Virus record (IMG/VR): IMGVR_UViG_3300012232_000014
Location: 1-56,447 of that record
Reading direction: 5' to 3' (one strand)
Origin: a virus
Lineage: Duplodnaviria; Caudoviricetes
Length of the DNA: 56,447 nt
The notes under the pieces were generated by a model. It worked only from the letters and a program-made list of their open reading frames with translations, had not been told where the DNA came from and made no database searches. Positions within the stretch are counted from its first letter, which is position 1. Each line of letters starts with the position of its first letter. This document shows positions 27,412 to 36,181 of this stretch, piece by piece. The position numbers and the translations under genes were made by a program.

Positions 27412-27780
27412 ATGAAGACCGATACACGCTCACGCATTTCGAAACACCACGTGTTCTATGTCCACAAACAATTCATGCGCAACCCGAAAAGCGTTCGACT
27501 GCCGTTGCCGGTCTCGGTGTTCTGCTACCGGATCACCGACACGTCGTTCGGTTTCATGTCGTCTCGAGACCGGATCACCGCACGAACGGAGCTCCAGGTG
27601 TTCGCTCAGAGCAAGGGCAAGAACCTTGGCTTCACAATCTACCGGGATGTGAACGGACCGATCGCCGCACAGATCTGTTTGTGGCATCAGGATGGTCAGC
27701 CGGGTGCATTGGCGATTCGGCATGGTGGAGTGCTGAAGGACTGCCGGAGTCGGAGCGTGGTGACCGGAAAGATGGTCTGA
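27412..27780 (+). CDS. Hypothetical protein
   Basis: AAGGAG RBS. Confidence 0.6.
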   Translation: MKTDTRSRISKHHVFYVHKQFMRNPKSVRLPLPVSVFCYRITDTSFGFMSSRDRITARTELQVFAQSKGKNLGFTIYRDVNGPIAAQICLWHQDGQPGALAIRHGGVLKDCRSRSVVTGKMV

Positions 27781-27782
27781 CC

Positions 27783-28355
27783 ATGTCAAGGATCAAACAC
27801 CGGAACCGACATCACGGGCATCTCTCTGAGAACGGTCGTGTGGCAGCGCTGTTGCTACCGCCGACTCCGCTCTACTGTCCGCCGTACACCAAGCGATACT
27901 ACGAGTCGTTTCGTGGGCAGTTATTTCAGGCGTGCAGCAACAAGCATCACCGGAACTGCCCACGGACGTCGGACCGTGCACACGAGCATCTGTACTGTCT
28001 CTGTCCGTGCCATCGAAAAGATCTGACACGATACCAGAAACGAAAGATGTTCGACCAACTCAAGAAAGCGATGTTGGCTAAGACCACACGCAAGACCAAG
28101 CACACGCCACGCACTAAAGGCGTGCGCACGGTTGGGAAGAAATTCCGATACGTCAAGGCGTCTGATGACCACGTCCCTGCTGGCATCATGCGCATCGTCC
28201 ATGGAACGATCGTGCGTATGAAAGAAGGTTCACTGGCAGACGTGGCGGCCGCATGCGATCTCGAGATCCGGAAAATCTCAAAGCAAGACCCAGTGACACA
28301 AACCAGCATCATGTTGCATCGGTTGCTGAAGGCCGGTGTGGTGGAGGTTATATGA
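27783..28355 (+). CDS. Cys/His domain plus winged-helix (HARE-HTH-like), paralogue 2
   Basis: ACSNKHHRNC...CLCPCH followed by GIMRIVHGTI...KQDPVTQTSIMLHRL. Confidence 0.7.
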   Translation: MSRIKHRNRHHGHLSENGRVAALLLPPTPLYCPPYTKRYYESFRGQLFQACSNKHHRNCPRTSDRAHEHLYCLCPCHRKDLTRYQKRKMFDQLKKAMLAKTTRKTKHTPRTKGVRTVGKKFRYVKASDDHVPAGIMRIVHGTIVRMKEGSLADVAAACDLEIRKISKQDPVTQTSIMLHRLLKAGVVEVI

Positions 28356-28837
28356 AAAAATCGATCATACGTAAACCGGCGACAGACCGGGCAGTTCGAA
28401 AAGCCATTCAGACTGCCCTTGGTGCCGTGTACGAGAAACTCAAGCCGATGTTTGACGATCACGGTGCGACTCCCGATATGGAGATAAGTTTGGCCACCAA
28501 GATCGTACTTGAAGCTGTGACGGCCGCTGATGTGGTTCTTCAAAAAGCACAAAGCAAACAATTCTATATCTCTGAACCTAGAGGATGGGATATTGTTGCG
28601 AGTGCTTTATGGTACATGACCTTCGAAGGAGGAAATCCCGCTGAAGCGGAGGAACGTATCGGTGCTCCTTGCCGAGGTAGCATTCCATTTACGGCATTTG
28701 CTTCGGCATCAATTCTATCAGCGGACGTAGATCGGCTATCGTGCACACTGAGTGTATGCAAGAATGAATCGCCGTGGATTGACAACGCAGCGGCCGTTCT
28801 TAAAATCATGACGAAACCGGAGGACTACGAATCATGA
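28352..28837 (+). CDS. Hypothetical protein
   Basis: GGAGGT RBS. Confidence 0.6.
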   Translation: MKKSIIRKPATDRAVRKAIQTALGAVYEKLKPMFDDHGATPDMEISLATKIVLEAVTAADVVLQKAQSKQFYISEPRGWDIVASALWYMTFEGGNPAEAEERIGAPCRGSIPFTAFASASILSADVDRLSCTLSVCKNESPWIDNAAAVLKIMTKPEDYES

Positions 28838-29040
28838 GACGGTTCAAGATTGTGGAACAGTCAAACACCACGATTTATCGTGGCGTGATCACGGCCGAAG
28901 ATCTCCGGAAGCAATTCAAGATTCCGGACAAGGCTGAGATCACGGTCATGGTGCCCACCGGCGGCGACTGGTCTGGCACCGAACTTGAAATCGGAAAGGA
29001 TGTACCCGGTATTCGGGTGCAGTGGGAGAACGTGAAATGA
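28834..29040 (+). CDS. Hypothetical protein
   Basis: GGAGG RBS; VPTGGDWSG. Confidence 0.65.
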   Translation: MRRFKIVEQSNTTIYRGVITAEDLRKQFKIPDKAEITVMVPTGGDWSGTELEIGKDVPGIRVQWENVK

Positions 29041-30299
29041 AAACGAATCCGGTAACCTTCTTCTCTCGCACACAGACCGGGAAGGTTCAAACGTGGTCCT
29101 GCTGGATCGAGTCTGACGGTATCACGGTCACCAGTCGCTGGGGACAGAAGAATGGCAGGATGCAGGTGACCCAAGACAAGCAGACCTCACGCGGTCGCAA
29201 GGGTACGCGAGCCTTCAAAACTCCTCAACAGGTCGCCAGAGAGGAACACGCACGGCAGGTGGAACGAAAACTCCGAGCCGGATATGTAGAAGCCGAAGAA
29301 CGAGCGTCAGCGGTACGATTGGAGGAACTAAAAACGGATCTGGATTTCGATCGGCTCCCACGGACTTTCGCTCCAGCCAAGCCGGTTCGAGAGATCGCCT
29401 TCGATATCGCTGCCGAGTACGACAAAGACGGCAAGTTGATGAAGCAGCGCAAACGTGATGGCATGCGGCACTACCTCGTGGCTGGCAAGGATGGTCGGCT
29501 ACGCGTGTTCAGTCGTGGGATGGATGATATGACCGCTCATTTCACCCGGCTCATTCAGGAACTCACTCTGCCTGCCGGCACGATCTTGGACGCGGAGTTC
29601 GTGGTGAGCAACGACCGGAACGATGATGATTTCAAGGCCGTGTCAGAGATCTGTCGGTCGAAGCCAGAGTTGGCTAAACGGAAGATGATCCACCGGGAGC
29701 ACAACGGCAACACCATCCAGTTTCTCGTATTCGATATGTTGTTCTACGATCGGCTACCGACATGGCAACTTCCATATCGAGAACGATATGAAAGCATGGT
29801 GACGGCTCTGGAGAAGGCGCACAAGCCCAGTCAGCGGACTCGGTTCAATCACGTCTGTCCGATGCCGTGTCTTCTGTATCCGTTGAAGAAATGCGTAGAA
29901 CGGATTCGGGAGTTCGGCTGGGAAGGCTTAGTCCTCTGGCGTGCAGACCAGGCGACCGTGGTGCACATGAACCGGTCTCCCAAGCGATGCAACTGTTACA
30001 AGTTCAAACCGATGCGTGAGGACGACTTCATCGCGGTGGGGTACGAACTTGGAACCGGACGCAACAGCAAGGTGGTCGGTGCGTTGAAGCTGGAGATCAT
30101 TTCGGAGGACACGCGATTTCGATTCTCGGTCGGCAACGTCGGGACCGGCTTCGATGACGCCACACGCGTCGCTGCGTTGACGTGGAAGTATCCGTGCGTG
30201 GTGCAGGTCAAGTATGAAAAAATGTCGGACACCGGATTGCGGTTTCCGGCTTTTCTTCGCAAGCGTGACGACAAGAAACCGAAGGAATGCCGGATGTAA
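29037..30299 (+). CDS. lig: ATP-dependent DNA ligase with an N-terminal WGR-like domain
   Basis: Motif I KRDGMR, LDAEF, FLVFDML, WEGLVL, YKFKP and LRFPAFLRKRDDK; N-terminal SRWGQ...KLRAGY. Confidence 0.92.
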   Translation: MKTNPVTFFSRTQTGKVQTWSCWIESDGITVTSRWGQKNGRMQVTQDKQTSRGRKGTRAFKTPQQVAREEHARQVERKLRAGYVEAEERASAVRLEELKTDLDFDRLPRTFAPAKPVREIAFDIAAEYDKDGKLMKQRKRDGMRHYLVAGKDGRLRVFSRGMDDMTAHFTRLIQELTLPAGTILDAEFVVSNDRNDDDFKAVSEICRSKPELAKRKMIHREHNGNTIQFLVFDMLFYDRLPTWQLPYRERYESMVTALEKAHKPSQRTRFNHVCPMPCLLYPLKKCVERIREFGWEGLVLWRADQATVVHMNRSPKRCNCYKFKPMREDDFIAVGYELGTGRNSKVVGALKLEIISEDTRFRFSVGNVGTGFDDATRVAALTWKYPCVVQVKYEKMSDTGLRFPAFLRKRDDKKPKECRM

Positions 30300-30334
30300 A
30301 GCTTCCGATAATGAAACGAAAGGAGGTGAGTGCG

Positions 30335-30436
30335 ATGATCTGGGTATACCGTGCAGGCTTGCTGTTCCTGTACTACGAACTGCAAGCAGGTGGTTCCGAT
30401 TGGACGGTGGACATGCGGGACGTCTACGGCTGGTAG
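30335..30436 (+). CDS. 33-aa aromatic-rich micropeptide
   Basis: Perfect SD GAAAGGAGGTGAG; MIWVYRAGLLFLYYELQAGGSDWTVDMRDVYGW. Confidence 0.6.
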   Translation: MIWVYRAGLLFLYYELQAGGSDWTVDMRDVYGW

Positions 30437-30482
30437 ACGACTCGGCATCCAGCAGCGCTGAAAAAGAAAGGAGGTGAGGATC

Positions 30483-30560
30483 ATGGATGAATCGATTTTC
30501 TGGGAAACGATCTGGGCGGTGATCGTCGCATGCGCAGACACCATCGTGTGGGGTGGGTAG
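30483..30560 (+). CDS. 25-aa hydrophobic micropeptide
   Basis: Identical SD GAAAGGAGGTGAG; MDESIFWETIWAVIVACADTIVWGG. Confidence 0.6.
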   Translation: MDESIFWETIWAVIVACADTIVWGG

Positions 30561-30578
30561 TCTGACAGCGTAGTCTGC

Positions 30579-30614
30579 ACCCGGAGTTTGTCGCTGGACG
30601 GCTCCGGGTCTTTT
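30579..30614 (+). terminator. Intrinsic terminator
   Basis: ACCCGGAG...CTCCGGGT stem followed by CTTTT. Confidence 0.65.
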
Positions 30615-30628
30615 ACAAGGAGATGGTG

Positions 30629-30967
30629 ATGACGGACATTCGAGAGTTCGTTCGTAAGCTGCGGAGAGCAGCAGATGCGATCGACGATCTGTACGAAGTA
30701 CCGACACGTACGAAACCGTCGAACGAAACCCCGGAGATAGCGAAACAGATCCTCCGGCAAGGAAAATCCAAGAACGGGAAACGCGGACACCGGATGATAC
30801 AGGCACTTCAGATCATCAAGTGGAACGGACCGGTGCACGCCGCGTCAATAGCCAAACAGATGAAACTCAAGACCTCGGCCAACGTCTACGCGATTCTGGA
30901 ACGGCTGGTTGAACAGAAGAAGATTCACAAGGCACGTGACGGCCGCTATACGGTGGTGGCGTCATGA
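30629..30967 (+). CDS. Winged-helix DNA-binding protein
   Basis: GPVHAASIAKQMKLKTSANVYAILERLVEQKKIHK...GRY. Confidence 0.75.
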   Translation: MTDIREFVRKLRRAADAIDDLYEVPTRTKPSNETPEIAKQILRQGKSKNGKRGHRMIQALQIIKWNGPVHAASIAKQMKLKTSANVYAILERLVEQKKIHKARDGRYTVVAS

Positions 30968-30991
30968 TGAAGATCCGCTCGACAGAAACCG

Positions 30992-31147
30992 GTGAGAGGA
31001 GGACGCAGTCGATTGCCGGCATGCGTGCTGGGAGAGATCGAACGGAAGGTCCAGCAGGATGCCGATCGGTATCACGTTTCGAAGTCGTTCGTTGTCAGCG
31101 TCGTACTCGCCAACCACTACGGGATTCGGAAACAGGAACAGTTTTAG
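30992..31147 (+). CDS. Possible ribbon-helix-helix-like protein (start uncertain)
   Basis: Read manually: VRGGRSRLPACVLGEIERKVQQDADRYHVSKSFVVSVVLANHYG. Confidence 0.4.
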   Translation: MRGGRSRLPACVLGEIERKVQQDADRYHVSKSFVVSVVLANHYGIRKQEQF

Positions 31148-31158
31148 AAAGGAGCCTC

Positions 31159-31332
31159 ATGGCTGACGACGAGAAGACGCCTTGGGAACGTCTTGACAAA
31201 ACCACTGCTCGGCTCAAGGTACCGGGTGGTTGGGTCCTACGATCTGTTGCATGGTATACGGACTCTGTCTCCTTGCATCATGTCTTCGTTGCCGACCCAG
31301 AACACGAATGGAAACTCGAAGGAGGTCAGTGA
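31159..31332 (+). CDS. Hypothetical protein
   Basis: AAAGGAG RBS; TARLKVPGGWVLR...FVADPEHEW. Confidence 0.7.
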   Translation: MADDEKTPWERLDKTTARLKVPGGWVLRSVAWYTDSVSLHHVFVADPEHEWKLEGGQ

Positions 31333-31565
31333 TGGCTGGAATGAAAACTCTCGGCAAGAACGTGCAGTACTCGATTACCGGCAACAAGCTCACCATCGAA
31401 ATTGATCTGTCCAAGGAGCACGGTGCGTCAGCATCCGGTAAGACGATCACGGTGGCCACCACGTCTGGGAACAAGAACATCGGCGGTCCCGGTCCACAGC
31501 CGACGTTCATCGGCTTGAACGCGTATCGGTATCCGGACGAGAAGAAAGCGAAGGCGAAGAAATGA
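31332..31565 (+). CDS. Small protein of unknown function
   Basis: AAGGAGG RBS; NKLTIEIDLSKEHGASASGKTITVATTSGN...IGLNAY. Confidence 0.75.
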   Translation: MAGMKTLGKNVQYSITGNKLTIEIDLSKEHGASASGKTITVATTSGNKNIGGPGPQPTFIGLNAYRYPDEKKAKAKK

Positions 31566-31674
31566 GAGTCGCGTTTTGGATTCTGATCGGCAACGTGGGC
31601 CGACGCTTGACGGACTGGTCCACCCGTCATCTCGAGACGCGTCATCTCGTGGATCAGGTCAAGGAGAAATTGGA

Positions 31675-31905
31675 ATGCCGACGGAATCCACGTATCGTAT
31701 CGGCGATCGCGTTGTCCGCAGTTGGCGTGGTGAAGCAGATCGGTTCGGCACCATCGTCGAAATCTATCGCGGTGTCCCGGCTGCCACTCGACCTGGAGAA
31801 GAACTAGCAGCGGTGCGGTGGGACGATACCGGCCTTACCGAACGGGGATATCTAACTCAGAGTGGAGGACTGAGAAGGACTCAAAAAGAAAACGGACAGG
31901 CTTAA
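31675..31905 (+). CDS. SH3/KOW-like hypothetical protein
   Basis: AAGGAG RBS; YRIGDRV...GTIVEI...AVRWDD. Confidence 0.6.
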   Translation: MPTESTYRIGDRVVRSWRGEADRFGTIVEIYRGVPAATRPGEELAAVRWDDTGLTERGYLTQSGGLRRTQKENGQA

Positions 31906-32025
31906 CTTGCTGGCTCGACGGGGGTTAAAATTTTCCCCCGTTGAGTCCGGCTCCGGGCGATAATCTCGCCTTCCCCGGAAGCTTCGACGGCGACGATGAT
32001 GGTGGCGAGGAAGGGATTTTGTTTC

Positions 32026-32751
32026 ATGAAAATTCGTCTGCGACGACGTGCGGATGTGCCACCGGTCCGCTCATTCAGAATTCGCAGAAGGAGGAAATTG
32101 GCACTAGACCGCACACTCTACATGCGGCCCATTCGACCAGTGCGCATCGGTCATGTCAACACGGCTTGGTCAAACGATGGATGGTACCGACACGGTCTTC
32201 CAATCAACAAGTCTTTAGTGCTGACACTGAAGTGCGGGCACGTCGAAATGGTACCGCAACGTCCGTTCAAACTTCGCAAGCTGGTTCACTGCCCGATGTG
32301 CGTGCGGCTGTGGACGGAACGGACGCTGGAAGCTGAAGAATCGAACGCACGCCAAGCAAAGGTTTCGAAACGGAAAGCTGAACTCGTCGAACAACTAGAG
32401 GAGAGAACAGACATGGCTAAGATCAAGAAGGCGAAGAAGAGCAATGACGATGACCGGCGTGGACGCAAGGTGTTCGAATTCGTGAAGGTGGCCAAGGGCG
32501 TCGAAGAAGGCACCATCATGGGCATCGTGCATGACGCGATCAAGAAGGTCAAGTCTGGCACGGTCGCCGAGATCACCGAAGCAGCGGTCAAAGGCGGACT
32601 CAAGGACGTCACCGGGCAGGATCCGATGGTCCAGACCGGCGTGATGCTCAACCGTCTGAAGCACAAGGGTGCGGTCCGCAAGGTCAAGGCTGACGGCAGC
32701 ACCAGCGAGAAGAAGGTCACGCTGAAACTGAAGAAGAAAAAGGCAGCCTAG
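32026..32751 (+). CDS. Zinc-binding domain plus Lys-rich winged-helix (HARE-HTH-like), paralogue 3; probable internal start at 32413
   Basis: LKCGH...CPMC; GAGGAG before ATG 32413; TIMGIVHDAI...GQDPMVQTGVMLNRL; Lys-rich tails. Confidence 0.7.
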   Translation: MKIRLRRRADVPPVRSFRIRRRRKLALDRTLYMRPIRPVRIGHVNTAWSNDGWYRHGLPINKSLVLTLKCGHVEMVPQRPFKLRKLVHCPMCVRLWTERTLEAEESNARQAKVSKRKAELVEQLEERTDMAKIKKAKKSNDDDRRGRKVFEFVKVAKGVEEGTIMGIVHDAIKKVKSGTVAEITEAAVKGGLKDVTGQDPMVQTGVMLNRLKHKGAVRKVKADGSTSEKKVTLKLKKKKAA

Positions 32752-32772
32752 GTATCGGCGACGGGATCGTCC

Positions 32773-32970
32773 ATGTCCAGAAGGAAGAAACGTCCGCATG
32801 TGAGCCGAGTGCGGCCGCTGTCTGTTCCGCTGGCCTTCTACATGGACGATCCCATTCAACCGGTAACACCCGAACAGTGGAACTATCTCGAGACGCGTGC
32901 TCGCATTCTTCAATTCAAAAAACGACGAACCGTCTGCCGCTGGCCTGAGGATAAATCGAATGGCAACTGA
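32773..32970 (+). CDS. Hypothetical basic protein
   Basis: Fills the gap between neighbours. Confidence 0.45.
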   Translation: MSRRKKRPHVSRVRPLSVPLAFYMDDPIQPVTPEQWNYLETRARILQFKKRRTVCRWPEDKSNGN

Positions 32971-33232
32971 ACGTTTGGTCGGAACGGTCGCTGGCATCAA
33001 CCGAGACAAAGGATTCTTTTTCATCTGTGGACCGGATGGTCGAGACTACTTTGCTTCTGTGCGTGACCTGCCCAATCACCGATCCCTCAACACACTGATT
33101 CCCCAACAAACGCGCATTGCATTCACTCCAGAAGAGCGATCGAAAGGTCCGGCTGCAACTCGGTTGCGTATTCTGGATGACGATGATCAACCCGAAGATG
33201 ATCCCACGGCCGTTCGACTTGGCTTGAAGTAG
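32960..33232 (+). CDS. Cold-shock (OB) domain protein
   Basis: GTVAGINRDKGFFFI...DYFAS...KGPAATRL (RNP1/RNP2-like). Confidence 0.85.
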   Translation: MATERLVGTVAGINRDKGFFFICGPDGRDYFASVRDLPNHRSLNTLIPQQTRIAFTPEERSKGPAATRLRILDDDDQPEDDPTAVRLGLK

Positions 33233-33236
33233 ATTC

Positions 33237-34571
33237 GTGCGGAAAATCTTTGTCCCGCACCAACGTGAAGCCTTGGACTACGCCTTGAGCCGGAAGGCTG
33301 TCGGTCTATTCTTGGCTATGCGTCTGGGAAAGACTCCAGTGGCCATCCGGTGGGCACGGAAGAAGGGTCTGCGAAAGGTGCTGGTGGTGGCGCCACTCTC
33401 CGTGCTCCCTGGCATGCAATGGGAAGACGAGATCAAACAAGAATGTGGACGGTCCGCACACATTTGGCCGAACGAACGGAAGCAGGATTGGCTTGATGCC
33501 GCGGAGTCTCGAGACGGGTGGTACGGCATCAACTACGAAGCCGTGCGCAGTCGGCCGGAGATCCTGGATCTGAAGTGGGACGGTATTATCCTCGATGAGT
33601 CTACCCGTATCCGAAACCCCAAGGCTCAGATCACCAAAATCCTTCTCAACAACACCGAGCACATTCGCCATCGCGCCATTCTCTCCGGATTGCCGAATCC
33701 AGAATCACCGCTTGATTTGTTCTGCCAATTGAAATTCCTCCACGGCTCCTTCCTCGGCTACGAAAACTTCTGGGCCTTCCGTCAAGCCAAGTTCAACGAG
33801 ATCGCCTACCAATGGTACCCAAGGAAGGGTGTCATAAATCAGATCAAGGTGGCCGTGCATAAACTCTGCTTCGTTCGCTCGCAGCGACAAGTGGGCATGG
33901 GGAACGAGAAAGTCTTCGATCGACGGTACGTGTATCTCACCCCGGCACAACGACGGTTACAAGACGAGATCCGCAAGAACTTCACGGCTGGCACACTCAG
34001 TACCAAGTGGGCTCCGGTGCAACAGACGTGGTTGGCCAGACTCGCTGGAGGCTTCACGCCTGAGGGTGAGGTCATGGCCGAACGGAAATTGACGCTACTG
34101 AAACAGATCCTGACGGAAGAGAAGCCAAAGGAACAGGTGGTGGTTTGGTTTCGATTCACTGCGGAGATCCGTGCCGCCTACGACTTGCTGAAGAAGGCTG
34201 GCGTCCGATGCAAGGTCATTCGCGGTAAGACCGATAAACGAAAACGGCCCATCATTCAAAGAAAGTTCCATGCCGGCATCTACCGAGTGCTGCTGATACA
34301 GGTCCAGGTCGGACAACACGGTCTCAACCTCAGTTGCGCGAACACCGCTATCTACTACAGCAACGCGTGGGACCACGAGATTCGATCCCAGAGTCAGCAG
34401 CGCATCGAGCACATGATGAAGAAAGTTCCCCTCCAGTACATCGACCTGGTCACCAGAGACTCCGTAGATGAACCGGTGCTCGATGCACTGCAAGAAAAGA
34501 AACGCGAGTCCAATCGGTTCCTCCGGGTCGTGATGTCGCGGTTCGTTGAAGGGCTCCGGCCTGCGGCATGA
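33237..34571 (+). CDS. SNF2-like superfamily 2 helicase
   Basis: PHQREA, AMRLGKT, ILDESTRIRN, LSGLP, GQHGLNL and QSQQRIEH motifs. Confidence 0.9.
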   Translation: MRKIFVPHQREALDYALSRKAVGLFLAMRLGKTPVAIRWARKKGLRKVLVVAPLSVLPGMQWEDEIKQECGRSAHIWPNERKQDWLDAAESRDGWYGINYEAVRSRPEILDLKWDGIILDESTRIRNPKAQITKILLNNTEHIRHRAILSGLPNPESPLDLFCQLKFLHGSFLGYENFWAFRQAKFNEIAYQWYPRKGVINQIKVAVHKLCFVRSQRQVGMGNEKVFDRRYVYLTPAQRRLQDEIRKNFTAGTLSTKWAPVQQTWLARLAGGFTPEGEVMAERKLTLLKQILTEEKPKEQVVVWFRFTAEIRAAYDLLKKAGVRCKVIRGKTDKRKRPIIQRKFHAGIYRVLLIQVQVGQHGLNLSCANTAIYYSNAWDHEIRSQSQQRIEHMMKKVPLQYIDLVTRDSVDEPVLDALQEKKRESNRFLRVVMSRFVEGLRPAA

Positions 34572-34771
34572 TCATTCGAAAGCCTCGCGAGATCTCGAGA
34601 CCGACGATGCCCTTGCCCATCCATCCCTGTCCGTGCAAAGCCAAGCACGACTTCAACTGCCGGAACAAGTCAGCATTCCGTGATATGGTTTGTCTGGAGT
34701 GCTTCATCAAGTGCAACGGAGAAAGTCACCAACCCCGCTACATTACGATACGGAGAAGGAGAAGGCGATGA
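34568..34771 (+). CDS. Small Cys-rich protein
   Basis: ATGA couplings; several Cys. Confidence 0.5.
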   Translation: MIIRKPREISRPTMPLPIHPCPCKAKHDFNCRNKSAFRDMVCLECFIKCNGESHQPRYITIRRRRRR

Positions 34772-35226
34772 AGAGCGTACTACAGGATTGGGTAATGGAA
34801 CTGCCATTACGAGAACAGGGCACGTTGCTGACCGCTGTGCGAGGCTGTGACGATGAACCCAAGCAATGGACATCCACCGGCTTCGCAGACTCACCGGGTC
34901 GTCGCATCACCGCGTTCATCCGATGGTGCTTCATGAATCCGCACGACCCACGAGAGGTTGATATCCCCGGAGCATTCTTCCAGAGCACTCCTCCACTGCC
35001 TTTCAGACCGTCCGAATTCGGACACCTGCCACAGCATTGGTATTCCCACGTCATGCACTCGCTGGAAGTGATCGCCTACCGGCACGATGTAGAGCCGGTG
35101 CGTGAAGTGTGCTTTGACTTATATCTGGCCATGGTTCGTAACTTGCATCTCAACATCGAACGGATGGACGAGATGATCACGCGGCTCAACGAGGATCGCA
35201 TTGCAAAACGGAACGTGGTATCGTAA
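34768..35226 (+). CDS. Hypothetical phage protein
   Basis: SVLQDWVMELPLREQGTLLTAVRGCD...LPQHWYSHVMHSLEVIAYRH. Confidence 0.75.
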   Translation: MKSVLQDWVMELPLREQGTLLTAVRGCDDEPKQWTSTGFADSPGRRITAFIRWCFMNPHDPREVDIPGAFFQSTPPLPFRPSEFGHLPQHWYSHVMHSLEVIAYRHDVEPVREVCFDLYLAMVRNLHLNIERMDEMITRLNEDRIAKRNVVS

Positions 35227-35711
35227 TGAGTTCTCTGCTCTCAATCGATCCCGGTCTCACCGGTACCGGATGGGCACTCTGGGTACCTCCATTCAAACGG
35301 CCGTGCTTGCTGGGTGTGATCAAGACCGGCAAGGGTGAGTGGTGGGATCGGGCCCAGTCCATCGCGGATCAGATCGTGGAGCACTGTGACACGCACACGC
35401 GAGTGGTTGCAGAGTTCACCGAGTACCATGCAGCGGTCACCAGCAGTATGGGATGGAAGACCGGGGATCTCCAACGTCTAACCTTTCTCTGTGGCGCGAT
35501 TGCTGGTCGGGTCTATCCACGAAAGTTTTTACCGGTGACGGCGTCAGGCTGGAAAGGACAACTGCCGAAAGACGTGGCCGCAAAACGCATAGAAGCGATC
35601 ATCGGTCGCAAGGCGTGTCAGCGACTCGGTCTGCCGGAAATCAAACGGCGGTCAGACACGCATGCATGGGACGCTGTCGGCATCGGACTCTGGGCACTGG
35701 ATCGGTTTTGA
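35226..35711 (+). CDS. ruvC: RuvC-like Holliday junction resolvase
   Basis: SIDPGLTGTGWA, VVAE, WKGQLPK and HAWDAVGIG motifs. Confidence 0.85.
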   Translation: MSSLLSIDPGLTGTGWALWVPPFKRPCLLGVIKTGKGEWWDRAQSIADQIVEHCDTHTRVVAEFTEYHAAVTSSMGWKTGDLQRLTFLCGAIAGRVYPRKFLPVTASGWKGQLPKDVAAKRIEAIIGRKACQRLGLPEIKRRSDTHAWDAVGIGLWALDRF

Positions 35712-35712
35712 A

Positions 35713-36066
35713 ATGAAAAAACAAACGGCATCCAAGAATCGTTCAGGAGCGTCATGGGCATCCAGACAACAACTCGGAACGGATGACCTATCAAAGAAAC
35801 CAGCTACCTCATCTTCAAATCGTTTAGTATCTAAAACATTTGAAATACCGTCAGCCAGAGTTGAACCCGCTCCAGTTGAACAACCGCGTTTCAAAGAAAT
35901 GTGGGAACAACAGGAGCGTGAGAGAAACGACCGAGAGAGTCAACTTATGATTGATATGAAACTATTTAGAATGGCCCCTTGGAAACTTCCATTTGAACGT
36001 CGTCGGCAGTTAGCGTTGATATTAAAAAACGAAGCTCGTCGGCAGTTTAGAAAATTGTTTAGGTAG
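35713..36066 (+). CDS. Hypothetical protein (visibly AT-richer than its neighbours)
   Basis: ORF fills the gap; A/T-rich codon usage. Confidence 0.55.
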   Translation: MKKQTASKNRSGASWASRQQLGTDDLSKKPATSSSNRLVSKTFEIPSARVEPAPVEQPRFKEMWEQQERERNDRESQLMIDMKLFRMAPWKLPFERRRQLALILKNEARRQFRKLFR

Positions 36067-36070
36067 TTTT

Positions 36071-36164
36071 GATTTCGAGTCCCGTCACGACTTGGGCACT
36101 CCGCCCCGGAGTGGGACGGCAATTCTGCCGGCCTGGGAACCGAGTCGTGGCGGGACTCGAGATC
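36071..36164 (+). ncRNA. 94-nt structured RNA: 25-bp basal stem plus two inner hairpins
   Basis: 36071-36095 pairs with 36140-36164, with only three G-U pairs and no mismatch; inner CACTCCG/CGGAGTG and CGGCA/TGCCG. Confidence 0.75.
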
Positions 36165-36181
36165 ATTGAAAGGAATTCGTA

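Noticed and set aside
29928-30838. Minus-strand ORFs of 292 and 280 aa
   Set aside because: Antisense to the ligase, micropeptide and wHTH genes, which have strong RBSs.
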